In this document: positions 1 to 12,800 of the stretch, in pieces
Layout: each line of letters begins with the position of its first letter
Numbering within the stretch: the first letter of the stretch is position 1
Source: Chrysomallon squamiferum
Lineage: Eukaryota > Animalia > Mollusca
Direction: 5' to 3'
Assembly: GCA_012295275.1 (NCBI GenBank)
Contig: CM022673.1
Location: 19,468,001-19,532,000 of the forward strand
DNA: 64,000 nt
The notes under the pieces: generated by a model
Told to the model about the DNA's origin: nothing
Database searches by the model: none
The model's input: only the letters and a program-made list of their open reading frames with translations
Translations under genes and position numbers: made by a program

Positions 1-1
1 T

Positions 2-1492
2 CCAGATCTGTCAGGTTCATTGGCTCATGTTGTTAATGAACTGATAAATAAGACATCAAGAGAGTCTATTACTATACCAGCTGAAGTTTCTTCTCTCTGT
101 GTGGAAAAGTTTGAAGTCATTTTGAAAGTTCTAACAGTACTTGATTTTCACCCAAGTATACGTGAAGACAAAGAGAATAAAAATAACTTTCTTACTGATC
201 AGGGTTTATTTCTCGAACAAATTTCAAATACTGTAGATATGAATCAGTCATTTGAACTTATTTTTTCAAAGATCTCACTGTGTTATGACAAAATTGAAAA
301 ATTGTGCCTGTTTGTGCCATGTATGCAACATATCTCCAGATTTATTTTGAAGGAAACTAACCTGAAGAGATCAGAAGCCGAACATTTATTGTCACTGATG
401 GATCCATCTGTGGTAAAGGGAATCTCTCTTTCTGGTTGCTCTTTAGAAATGTCATCTGGACCAATTGGTTTGTCCCAGTTTTCAAAACTGGAATTTCTTG
501 ATCTTGATCATACAAACATGCAAGATGCTGGTATACTTTCTTTAGAAAAAGATCTCAAAGGTATTCACCAACTGAAGGAACTAAACATTAGTTATAATAA
601 CATCAGTACTGTAGGACTTTTACAACTGTCATCATTTATAGTGGACAGCAAGCATCTGTTAACACTTCGCCTTCATGGCAATAGTTTTGGTGAAACTGGA
701 GGGTTTATACTTGGAGTTATCCTTTCCAGAATGAGCCAGCTGGAAATACTAAGTGTGAGGGATTGTAATCTTCAAGATATTGGTATGGTTCATCTGTCTT
801 CATCCTTTTCTAATCAGACCTGTTTAAAGAGATTGTCTGTAAGGAACAACAACATCAAAGGAAGTATGTCTGTTGAAATATTTGAAAATTTGGCAAAATG
901 TCAGTTCCTCTTGTTTATGGACTACAGTCAAAACATTATTATTCCCGATAGAGAAGAAGGAAAATCTGATTCTGACATGATCTCTAAAGCTGTACTCAAA
1001 CTTCTAGCAGGCACCCATTTCTGGCATCATCTTAGTTTTTGGAATTGCAACATCAGCAAGTCAAATATTTTTGATAATCCTGCTCAGCTGAAACATCTTT
1101 ATCAAATCACCTTTTTATGTCTCCAAACAAATCATATAGATGATGCTATGGCTAAAAAAATATCTAGCTGCATTCATGAGTTTAGATTTCTTCAGGATCT
1201 TAATTTGCGGGATAATTCTATTGGTGATATTGGTGCTGTCTCTCTAGCTTCTGCCTTAATAAACCACAAATATCTGCACAGTCTGTGGCTTGACTGGAAT
1301 GTCTTTGGTTATCAAGGTGCAGAAAAGTTAATAGAGCTGGCCTTAAATCTTCCAAATATTGTGGACTGCAAATTGGCCAACCACCATCTTGCACCTCCAG
1401 AGAAAAAAAGTCTTTTGGAAAAGGTTGGTACTGCAGTTGTTCGTGAAACTGTTCATGAAGTCAAAAGAGGGAAATTAACTATTTTACTCTAA
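2..1492 (+). CDS. Terminal exon of a leucine-rich-repeat (ribonuclease-inhibitor-type, NLRC3/NLR-like) protein; 5' part lies upstream of the window
   Basis: The frame is open from base 2 (PDLSGSLAHVV...) to TAA at 1490-1492. It has about 10 repeats of ~28 aa matching LxxLxLxxNxIxxxG (e.g. LKELNISYNNISTVG, LLTLRLHGNSFGETG, LQDLNLRDNSIGDIG, LHSLWLDWNVFGYQG). No NACHT domain is visible, so the NLR assignment is inference. Confidence 0.75.
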   Translation, partial: PDLSGSLAHVVNELINKTSRESITIPAEVSSLCVEKFEVILKVLTVLDFHPSIREDKENKNNFLTDQGLFLEQISNTVDMNQSFELIFSKISLCYDKIEKLCLFVPCMQHISRFILKETNLKRSEAEHLLSLMDPSVVKGISLSGCSLEMSSGPIGLSQFSKLEFLDLDHTNMQDAGILSLEKDLKGIHQLKELNISYNNISTVGLLQLSSFIVDSKHLLTLRLHGNSFGETGGFILGVILSRMSQLEILSVRDCNLQDIGMVHLSSSFSNQTCLKRLSVRNNNIKGSMSVEIFENLAKCQFLLFMDYSQNIIIPDREEGKSDSDMISKAVLKLLAGTHFWHHLSFWNCNISKSNIFDNPAQLKHLYQITFLCLQTNHIDDAMAKKISSCIHEFRFLQDLNLRDNSIGDIGAVSLASALINHKYLHSLWLDWNVFGYQGAEKLIELALNLPNIVDCKLANHHLAPPEKKSLLEKVGTAVVRETVHEVKRGKLTILL

Positions 1493-4186
1493 CTCCAATT
1501 TCTAATCCTCTGTTGCTGTTTTTGTTAAGATGTTCTTTTGGACCAAAGAAATAATGGTTTAAATACATTATTAATATGTCCATTTTTACTGCTGCACTGT
1601 AAACGATACAAAAAGTGGTGAATACACTATAATTTAAACAAAATCACACACACACACACACAGGTTAGAGGAAATATACATTTCCAGGAAATTTAGGAAA
1701 ATGTGTATGTCTGAGTCACTCATTCTGGTAAGAAAACCAATAGTAATGAAAGAGTAGTTTACATCACATCAAGCATACATTACCTGAGCATTTCCAGTAA
1801 CTTCATTGGATATAGTTGTAGAGTTGAACTTGCTGAATCAGTTGCATCTTCATCAGGAACTGGCAATAAACTAGCTACAAGTAGATAGTCCTCTGACAGC
1901 AACTGGTGGACAATTTCAAGAGGGAGGCTAGATGATGAGAGACCAGTGTAGGCACCAGAACCCAACAATGCCACAAATGGGGAACACTTAATTATACTCA
2001 AAAAAGCGGAGTATTTTGAAACTGAACAAATTAGAGTCAATCAGTGCTTAATGTCAAAGTGTGCTTTTTCTATAGACCCTTGGTACTAAAAAAATTTAGT
2101 CTCTCATATTAATTTTTTTTAACAAATTGGTACTTTACATTATATGCTACTCTTTGATTATTATTGGTTTACTCATTATGGCCCAAAAGAATGATTTCAG
2201 GAAATACATGTAACTTGCAGATTTCACAAAGTAAGTGTAATTTCTAGAATTATGGGGAATTAAGTATATTTCCTGATATATATATTATGTAAAAGAAGAA
2301 GAAAATATGTTAACTATTTGTAATAAATGCCACTGTTTTGAATAACTGTTTTGCAGTATTGCTGAAGCTAAATGAGAACAAAATGCAGAAACAGATGTCT
2401 TGAACAGAAATATAAAAATAAAATGACATAAAATATTTAAAGATTAAGAACTAAAACTTTAGTGACCAAGCAGATTCGTTTCATCTTATATATCATTTTT
2501 TGCTAGTAATGTAAATTATCTGATTATTAGTCTTTATTTAAGGCATATTTTAGAGTTTCACACTGTAATTCATTACATGTATACTATTACTTTATAATTT
2601 TTTCACCAAAGCTTCTGTCGGTGATCACCTGTTGACTGGAGGGAATAATTATTTGTTTAATATTTTTTAATAGTTATTATTATTATTTAACAATAGTAGT
2701 TTTATGGTGTGGAGAATTCAGAACATTTATTTGTTTTTGTTTGTGTCTTTTTGTTGTTTTTGTTGTTGTTATATAATGATTTGAGTCCAATCAACCGTTA
2801 AGGATCATGTCAATTATTAGAACATCGGTTAATTACTCTGTGCAAGTCATTTCAAAATAATATTAAATTCTATCATAAAAAAATAACCACAGAAATTCTT
2901 TGTTACAACATCTAGCACAATTTTACAAAACAGATACTGTAGTTACAACATAGTGTTAGCAGCAAAATAAAATAATTTAAGGCTATAGTTTGATTGTTGA
3001 TTTTATTTAACTAAGAATGTCTATTAAAAATAAAATAAAGATGTATCTCAAAAGGTAAATAAGATATTTATGAACACAGATGGTATATTGTGTCTGTGAA
3101 TGTATTCTAAAGGTTTTCATGTTTTTTTTTGTGTTTTTTGTGAATAACAAAAATAATGCTGAATTATTGTCCCATTTATTTTGATCATTAAGATTGGTGT
3201 GTTTTTGTAATAATAATAATAATAATAATAATCCATGATTGTTGACCATTTACATTTTATTTTTTTATATATATATATAGTAGAAATGAAATCTCTGGTC
3301 TCCACAATCTAGTGAGAGGTTTCTTTTACATATTTCTTTCCACAATCATGAGAAATGTGTTGAAATTAGATTAAAATGCTGGCCATGATTACAGAAATAA
3401 TTTAGTAGTTTTTACATGCACAGATAAAGTTCACTAAAAACCAGCTGCAGTGAAAAGATAGTATTAGGACAGTACATATACAATTTTTAACTTAGTGTTT
3501 TCAGTTACAAAAACAAGTTAAGTTATGGGATGAACTGTTGATGTTTAAAGCAGATTTTTAGAGTGGTTTAATAACAAAAGAAATATTTTTGGACAAATCA
3601 AAATACAGGAACTGTTCAGTACTGTTACTGCAAATTTCACTGCAGTGTGGTAATAACTATCTAATCTAAACAATCATGATCTAAGTAATAGTGATTGAAC
3701 ATGCATAAGAGTGGATTTCTAAACATGTTTAGTCTAATACATAATATGACACATTTCTTTGTATTACATTAAAACTATAATTAATCTTTTGTTGTTGTTA
3801 TTTGGGATTTTGTTCAAGTTACTTTTTTTCTTTCTTTTTTTTTGGATAAACACAATGGTAGCAGTAAACATATTGATAATGATTTACCATAAAAAAAGAA
3901 AATACAGTTGATTGTTACTATTATTATTAATTATTTATTTGCTTGTTTATTTATCATTTTGTATGATTTTATTTTATTTATTTGTTTCTGCTTTAGAATT
4001 GGTGCTTTGTACTCTGGATGAAATATTCGATTTTATTTTTTAATGTAAAAAGGTAATTGCCAAAAACCCAAAATACATATATTCACTTTTTTCCACAAAC
4101 ACCAGTTTAATTAAACACATTTATGATGCTTTAATCTGAAAATAAGAAAACATCGGGATACAAAATAGTAAATATATTGAATTTGT

Positions 4187-5856
4187 TTACATTAGGAAAT
4201 TTGGAATGTCTCGAGGTTCAATCCTCATGCTTGTTGGATATTCTTTCTTTCTTAGTTCACGTTCATTTTCTATAGCTTCATGATAATAACCATAATATTC
4301 ACCACGTGGAGCTCTGACAGGAGGAACCCAAACATCTTGTTTTGGCCAAGGATTTTCAAAAATCTTTCTGGGAGGCATTCCTGGTAAATCCCTTGTATAT
4401 CCAAATAGTCTAAGCTGGGGAATTCCAGATGGCTTGATACCAATGTCCTTGTGGTACAGTCCTTGAAATAGGAAAAAACAATTATGAAAATGAAGATTGT
4501 TTATTTGTGCTTCTATAATTTTTTTCTGTGTATATTTATAGTTGCAGCCTTAAAAACTTTAAAAACAATTTTCCATAAATTAAAAATGGATTTATATAAA
4601 TTGTGAAACAAACATGGACCTATACAGATACAGGTTTCATAGAGAGATGGTCGTAATATTAGTTTTGAAAATTATCTCTGCAAAAATAAAAATTCTTATT
4701 ACTGAACTAAAAAACTTAAGATATTATATTGAGCAATTATCCGTCTTTAGATCTGCCTGTTCCTGATCATTCAGCAAATTTTCTAGAACTTAATGTACCT
4801 TTTTGTGCTTTCTAACAATATCCACCATAAAGGGTTACAAATTATAGATGGCATTTTGGAAACAATATTAGAAAATGTAATACTACTTAATAACCTGGAC
4901 ATCTTTATCTCCATTTGTTTTAGGTAATAGCTTCTGTCAATAATTTCTTTTGATTAATATTAACATAATATCATAAATATGGTTTAATAACTGAAAATAA
5001 AAATATGTGCTGATCACTATATAGTAGCATATGATACCAAACAGACTGGTCTGTTGATTGCAATCATTAGTAATAATCATTAGTATTCAAGCACTTCAGT
5101 TAACTTCCCTGATCATAATATTAAAGCATTGCTGGATACTGAACCAGCAAAAATGTTTAATATATTTATTTTGTATCGAATTTTGTTTGTGTTATTTTTT
5201 TTAAAGTGATAATCATTATCAATGTTTTGTCTGAGAATCTGCTTTTAATTGGAATTTATGGTTACAATTTGAAAATTACAATGTGGTGAAAATCTTAATG
5301 ATGCTATTTTGTGACCATGGCATCAGATTCATTATGGCATTGTGATTTAAAAATAGTGATCGAAAAGATGGTTGTCACAGAGTTAAACATAACTAAAATG
5401 CCTATGAATACAGATCTGTGTATAGGTGAGCATGTGCATGAGTGTGCATGCATATGTGCATAAATAAAGTATGCTTCTCATTTAAAGGACTAATATGGTT
5501 GAAGGGTGTCCTTTGTTCCAAAATCTTTCAAAACACAAATGTTTTAAAAGAATAATATTTTTTATCACTGTAAATTTTCATACTAATAATATAAATAAAT
5601 ACATATACTCACCATTTATAAAATTAAATATTAAACTTTTGAGGTAATAGAATAAATCAGTACATTCTATCAATTACAAATTATAATCACTATGTCCCAA
5701 ATATCTATACTACCCACTCTTAACATAATCTACTGCACTGCATGAACTGTTAAGAAACTGTTTGCCATAATTGATTTAACTGGTTTATGTGTGCTATCCA
5801 TATCAATGCCATTTTGTTTCTCTGTATTCCAAGTCACAAAATTCCATTTCCCTAAA

Positions 5857-5891
<35 letters not shown>

Positions 5892-6595
5892 AATTGTAAC
5901 ACTATTTTGTATTAATATGTTTCTATAATTAAGGCTCACCAAATACAAGCAAAGCATAAAGGTCTATTTATTCCATGCGCATTAATGATTTAGACTAGTT
6001 TAAACGTGATACTAATTTTTGAGTTTCAAAATTTGATTCTCCCAGTTTATAGTATTTCATAAACGAATGGAGCATATCCATTAGAATTAGTGCCTTCCAG
6101 TCAAATCAGAGACAAAATTCAATCATAATTTATTATAATAATTATACTTTGACTATCACTAATCTAAGCTATTTTCATAAAATTTTCTCATATAAATATA
6201 TTTTATTCTTAAAAAATATTGTTTCCAAAGACATACATATGGTGCATGTCCAACATGATTTTTTCAGCATTTTGTTCAGTATGTTTTCTTTATAATGAAA
6301 GATGTGTTATATCATTCTACAAAAGTTACACCTCCATCCCTATTTTGTACAGCCATTATTTACCTGTTGGTGTATCTCTCTGTCTCATGAAGCTCACCCA
6401 ATCATCTTCTGACTGGAAATCAATGCAGTCTGGGGTTTTCTCTCGCGGAAGACTCCTGTAGTCATGATAATTGATCCATTTCCTCTCAGATGGAACATAA
6501 TAGTGTGGGCTTGTCCACACTGTTGATTTTACATCACCAGAAAAGTAATTATGAGTTGGGGTGGAATGATAGGGCCTAGGCAAGTTGTATGACAT
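4187..6595 (-). CDS. Uncharacterised 168-aa protein (paralog A); candidate ciliary/sperm protein
   Basis: Coding exons are 6595-6364 (acceptor ttttatgaag|caATG, donor acaG|gtaaat, phase 1) and 4461-4187 (acceptor ttcctatttcaag|GA, ends TAA). Total 507 nt, in frame: MSYNLPRPYHSTPTHNYFSGDVKS...WVSFMRQRDTPTG-LYHKDIGIKPSGIPQLRLFGY...IPNFLM. By hand count it is 39/62 aa identical to paralog B. Confidence 0.8.
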
Positions 6596-7758
6596 TGCTT
6601 CATAAAATGAAAAAGGAAAACAGATTTAAGACTATTTAATATAATGAAAATAAATACCAATATTAAAAGATATTAAAATTTGTTTTATCTGTTTTAAATA
6701 ATCTGGCATTTTGAATAGAATTAGACCATAGGCCTGCTGATGTAAAATAATCATCTGTTAACTGTATGATAAAAATGTTGGTGAATTGGCAGTACAATTT
6801 TGTAAGACTGGTAGCACATGAAAATAAAATGTGTAAATTGCCATATTCCTGAAAAAGAATGAAAAATTCTTGAGCTGAAATATTTGAGTTTATGGCATAA
6901 GATGTGTAACATGATGATACAGTGAAATAATTATCTAAACTTTCTACAGAAGTTTCAGATTTTGACCAAAAGAGCTACAGTTAATTATACAGTTTGCTTG
7001 AAGCCATTTTCAACATTACATTTAAATTCAATTATGTATCAGTTAAAGTGATTGTTTATAGTTGGCAAATGAATTCACAAATTTTATAAATTATATATAT
7101 ATATAGTTTAATTACTATGTTTTCTATTAGTTAAAGTTAACGTGCTAAATCTTCAGAAATGCTTACATGTACTGTAACGACTCCCACAGATTCGAATGTG
7201 TGGCCTATTCATGAATTCAGTAGTTTGCTTAAACTGATTTGTTTTGTGATTTTGTTTAATTGTAAAAAAAAATATTCGTTTATTGAATTTCATATGTTCA
7301 AAAACGAAAATAGTTTAATTTCGTACGTATATGACAAATCTGAACAATCTGAGCCGTATCAAACATTTTCAATAAAACACATCTAAGTATTTTGAATATT
7401 ATATACAGTTTTATTTTCATTTGTTTTAAGTGTGCATGTAGCAAGATATTTCAGTTCTAGTAACTCAGCTGACATTAGCAATTTGAAAATACGTCGTTGA
7501 TACATCTAACTTGATCGGAATTTAGTAGTTCTGATAAAATTAAATGGCACACTATTTTCATCATTAGTGCTGACAGTTATTTCCCTTGACACGAGATAAA
7601 CTTCCTTCATTTTTATAACGAATTATTAGCATATACACAAAAATTGATACCTTAATTATGTTTTACAAACCGTGTCTTTCTTTTTCTTGTTTTAATAGCA
7701 AATAAATGACAAGCATACAGACGTAATTTCAAATTGATCCAACACGCAGTTGACACTC

Positions 7759-7771
7759 GTTGCTAAGCAAT
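7759..7771. promoter_or_regulatory. RFX X-box in a putative bidirectional promoter
   Basis: GTTGCTAAGCAAT is a near-palindromic match to the RFX X-box (GTTGCYWNGYAAC-like). It lies in the CpG-containing patch between the divergent paralogs, flanked by candidate 5'-UTR donors (+: AG|GTAAGG at 7833; -: AAG|GTATCA at 7650). Confidence 0.55.
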
Positions 7772-7861
7772 TACAACAAAGGTGTATGCGGCCGCTGACG
7801 ACGTAATGCATTGTAGAGGTTAAAGCAAAAAGGTAAGGATGATTTCAGCTGATACGATTGT

Positions 7862-7883
7862 CAGTAAACAGCAGTGTTTACTG
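7862..7883. promoter_or_regulatory. Inverted pair of forkhead (FOXJ1-type) sites
   Basis: CAGTAAACA-GCAG-TGTTTACTG: GTAAACA at 7864-7870 and TGTTTAC at 7875-7881 form a palindrome about 100 bp from the X-box. Confidence 0.35.
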
Positions 7884-8129
7884 TAACAAATGTAAATATT
7901 TCTGTCACTAATCGAAAATGTTAGCATGTCATAAAAATGAAGCAGAGTTAAATTTTTATTATTATTATTATTTTTTTATGTCTGATTCCAGAGTATCTGT
8001 TTATTTTATTTTACTGATATTACATATCAAAACCACCTTATTCTATTGCTACATTTCCACAACCATCTGCTAAAGATTTTAAGAATCAGAATCTTAAGAA
8101 TCTTCTGTTGTTCTTACTGATGAAGAAAA

Positions 8130-8570
8130 GAAATAATCACACATTTGAAACCAAAAGGAATTGGATGACTTGATTTGAGATCTTAGGCAGACAAAGTATA
8201 ATACAGACTGATGGAGTGAAACGTTTTGGACAAGTTATTAAACTACAGCCTGCTAGGAAAATCCATTGACGGTCCTAGAAATAGTTTGGGGGCAAAAGAT
8301 TATTTATGTTGTTCTTATGTTTTTCCTCTGAAGTCTCAAATGTCTTTATCTGCACAATGAAAATCAGTATCCATCAATACAAACCAGACACTCTGGACAT
8401 ATACAAGAAAACTATGAAAATGTAAAATTTCTTCTGGAAACTGCAGACTACAACAGATATATGTGTCAGCTTTGTGGCAGTTATAAAATGATTATTTTCT
8501 TAAAAGGATTCCAAGGAGGTTATAGAAAACATTCTTGCTTTCTTTGCCTGTGTGACAGTCAAGCTGCATC
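8130..8570 (+). mobile_element. Decayed Chapaev3-like (CMC) DNA transposase fragment
   Basis: Interrupted translations NQKELDDLI*DL, LHNENQYPSI and HIQENYENVKFLLETADYNRYMCQLCGSYKMIIFLKGFQGGYRKHSCFLCLCDSQA match motifs I recall from Chapaev3 transposases (ELNDLxRDL, LHNGNxYPS, GDxKxxxxLxGLQxGYTKxxCFLCxWDSRA). Stops and deletions are present and the ends are not defined. Confidence 0.6.
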
Positions 8571-9374
8571 TTTGGGCTCAAAGAAAGCAATTTATTCCAG
8601 GCAGATAGAATCTGAAGTACCAACCCATGATAGAAGTCTTTATGTCATAATCAACACAAAAATTGATGTAACTAAGAAGTTTGAACATTTCTGTAACATT
8701 GTGTTAGCTGTTGTTCATTATATTTGTAATAGATCAGCAAAACAACTGGAAGATACAAAAGCAGAACAGGCACAAGAATAAATGCTGCACAGAGGAGAAA
8801 CTGCAACTGCTCTTGCATTTTCTGTGACCAGTGAATGTACAGTGATGTTAAATAAATTTATCAATGGATACCAACATAAACACATACAATTATTCAGCAC
8901 TATCTACCTCTTAACATCATGTGGGAATGAACACTTTTTATACAGATTATGTCTAGGCCTGAATAACATATCCCTGACAGTAGCCAAATTGTTAACAATT
9001 TTTGTAACAATTTAATATGAACAAATTGAAACAATAATTAAAAAATATACTTACATTTTTAGACAGAAAGTATTCTTATTAATAAACAAACAATTCAATT
9101 AAATATCCAAATAATTATTTTTTGTAATCACAATTTTGGAGGGAGAATGACCCTTTTTTTTACATATATGATATACACTGACGGAGAAAAAGGAACTTTT
9201 GTTCATATTACTGTTTGTCCACAGACCAAGTCCTCTCATTAATAAGGGTATATATGTGTATATCAGATTTTGGCAGATGGTATGATATAAATAAATCGAG
9301 AAACAGAGCAGTCATATCGATATCATGTACATATAAATACACACACACATGCTTATTATCTTTACAGATTCATA

Positions 9375-9825
9375 ATGTCACAGTCAATGGCCAGCAGCAC
9401 TAAGTTACCACTGATCAGTCCTGGAAAATTCAGCACAAGTAAAGGAATGACATTATTTGAACGTGGTCCTCACAACCCAGTCCCAACACACAACTTTTTC
9501 AGTGGAGATATTAAGTCCATTGCATATCAAGGACCTGGTTATTATGTACCCTCAGAGCTCCGCTGGATTACGTACCATGATTACAGTTCACTGCCAACGG
9601 AAACACGTCGAGATGCCATTCTGTTTGAGTCAGAGGATGAGTGGGTGGCATTTCAAAGAAAAAGAGATCAACAGACTCGACCAGGAGGTGAGATGGCTTG
9701 TAGATTCATTCTGTTTAATGTGGTTCTTTATTTGCTTTTTACATTTTCAGTTATTAATTTTATTCCTATTTTTTATATGCTTACCATATTTTACTTTTCT
9801 AAAATTAATTATATTATTTTTGTTG

Positions 9826-9856
<31 letters not shown>

Positions 9857-12800
9857 TTAAAGAGTTGCAGACAGAACTTATTTTTCTGCTTTTAAACAAC
9901 TTTAATGTCAGAGCCAGACATTACTGAATATCTTTGACAGAAGCCTGTCATAATTAAATATTGAAGGTTTGAAATGTCTTGTTAAACTAAGGTATATTGT
10001 TGTTATATGTGTTGATTAAAACATGCATTAAATAAATGCTAGAACTAAAAGTATGGAATGAAACATTATACAAAATAATCTAAACGTATATAATTTTTGC
10101 ATTACACAACTTTTTTCACATTCAGTCTATCAAAGTTAATTTCTTATACATAAATAAATGAAATTATAGGTGAATGGCATTTTGTGATGAAGACTGGAGT
10201 GAATGACATTAAAACAGTTTATGAAATGCTGGCTCAGCTATTTATTCCAAATTAAAAGAAAAGTGACTCTTTGTATGTATTGTAACAGGGTTGATTTTAC
10301 AGTCTATCAAAACTTCTGTGTCAGTAATGTAATTAAACTTTGTCCCATCACAGTAATAAACAGTTTGGATTTCTGGTGTTGTAAACCCAGTATCAAGTTA
10401 AGTTAAGGTCCAATCCACTAACCAGTTACCAAGTACTCATATATCCAAAACAAAAGAACAAGTTATAAAGACTTTGTATAAAATTAATGGAAAGTTGGTT
10501 TATCAAAAGTCAGAGTTCAGGAATTATTTTATACTGTCAATTTATTTCAAAATTAAAGTTCACAGGTCTGAGAATGTTTATTGTTTGTAGTGACCACAAA
10601 TGTTGCAACTCATAAACCACAAATGTCATGATTTACTTTGGCAGATTTTGTGATTTTTCTTCTTTTGTTGTTTTGGGGCGATACCCTTAGATCAAATATA
10701 GTGTACCTTGCTCGGCAGGAGCACAAGTTCAAACCCAACTGTAGTAACTCCTAAAGTGTTACATTATTATTAACTTAGTGGTTTGAAAACTCGATAATAA
10801 ATCAGTATTAGATTGGAGAAAAAAAAAAAAAAAAACTTTTCACTAAAATTACTCTTATATTATGTTCAGCACTATATGAGTAATGTTTGTATGAACAAGA
10901 CTGACATGTTTGGCTGAACCTTTTACACGGCCATCTTTATTTAACAACCATTCCTCTATAGAAGGCATTTCACACATGTTAATCTGTATATACTGACCAC
11001 CTGCTAATAGAGTTGACTTTTTGTAAGTTCCTTTGTGAAGGAATACAGAGATTTTACAGGAAAATGCCTAGAAAGTAAAAAATATATTCATAATCCATTT
11101 GTTGAGGAAGTATCCACTCATGGTGCAGAGAGTCATCAGATCAGTCTTACCTAGTGGAACCATTGAGCTATTTCTCACAAGTCACCACACTGAGCCAGTC
11201 ACCACAACTGACGTAATAAAGGATGTGGTATGTGCTATCCTGACCATGGTATGGTGTTAATCCTAAAGAATATTCCATGTGCTAATAACACTCTCTCTCT
11301 CTCTCTACTTTGGTCAATCAAATACTGAATGTATATTTGGCATGATCATAGGTTCAATCGCCTCTGTAGCATACCCTAAAATGTTAAATTAGTTATCATG
11401 AAAATATAATCTTATTTTCAAAGTTTTATCTGATCTGATATACCACTTAGTGCCTGCAGTAACAAACTGATCAGAATAAAAATAGGTTGTTACCGTATAT
11501 ACTTGTGTATAAGTCGAATTTTTGGGAGACTATATTAAGGTAATATTTTGGGGGTCGACTTATACATAGGTAATGCTTTTGTAGCTGTTGCTGAAGAGTC
11601 GCCATTTTGACTATTTTTTGCTACAGGATGCATCTAAAATAATCGCGGTCTTTCAGCTTTTCAAAAATATAATTATATCGTATAAAAAAAAATTGAAAAA
11701 TTAAATAACAAAACCAAATATGAATGTAAAACATGATATTCTTCCGTTTAATGACATAAAAATACATTTTAAAGCGAGAAAACCGTCAGTACGGCGTTAT
11801 GCCTTACGGCGTCTTGCAATAATCTAGGAATGCACACTTCTCTGCCAAATTGCACTAAATATCGGTCCTAATTTCATAAACAAAACTCACTTGTATAATT
11901 GTAAAGAATTTGGTGAAATAATATTGCAATTGTCATTAATATCCACTACCGACAAATCGAAAACAAACTAAATTTCTATAAACGTTCTGCAACCAAAATC
12001 AGTTCAATTTCTCGCCATATTTGTTATTCTAGTCGGTAGCCAAGTGCGCGAAGCCTCGGCCAATTAGCGCGCTAGGAATAGGATCGGGGGCGTGTCTTGT
12101 AGCAGAGTTTCGATAGAAAAAAATATTGCTGAGGTTCCGAAATGATCTTACTTTGAATTGCACGTTCATGTAAAATACCGGTAATAAATAATAAAGCAAC
12201 ACATCTTTTGGAATTTATCTACAAAATTTAATTAAATACTGAATTACGTCTAATGCCTGGAAATCCACACGTACCTTTAAATAGACCTTGATCTATATAT
12301 CCCGGTAATTATGAAACATTGCAACAATACAAACATTTTAATTCCAAAACATCCAACATTTACCGGGTAATACTGTAATCTAGTGTAACAAAAAGTTTAT
12401 TCAAAGCCTTCAAAGTCATTTTCGCCATCACTATCGCTTGCCCCAAAAAGTTCATTCCACTCTTCAGTGTTAATTGCATCATCATAAAGATCATCGTCAC
12501 TGTCAAGTGGGTCATCATTCCCAGAATCCTCTCCTGTGGGACTATTTTCTTGAACGGAATCAGCAAGGGCATTGGGTTCGCGCCATAAATAGTCATCCTC
12601 CGTCCCATCTAGTGCATTTGAAATTCCACACTTCAGAAAGGCCTTAACAATTATAGCCGGGTCCAACTGCTGCCAGGCGTCCCGTACCCACTCACACACT
12701 GTAACTAGTGATGGTGCTCTCATATTGCCCCCTTTTGTGAATGTCTTGTCCCCATTTAGCATCCACTGATTCCAAAAATGCCGAACAGTGTCTTTAAACG

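Noticed and set aside
3007-3305. Short ORFs with poly-L/poly-Y, and similar 60-100-aa ORFs elsewhere
   Set aside because: Products of (TAA)n/(CA)n microsatellites and AT-rich non-coding DNA, lacking splice or homology support.
9688-9927. Hydrophobic extensions of the 9375 and 9457 ORFs
   Set aside because: Read-through into AT-rich intron and (TTA)n repeat past a good donor at 9688.
10915-11050. Possible Tigger-like MITE remnant
   Set aside because: Too degenerate to define TIRs or a TSD.
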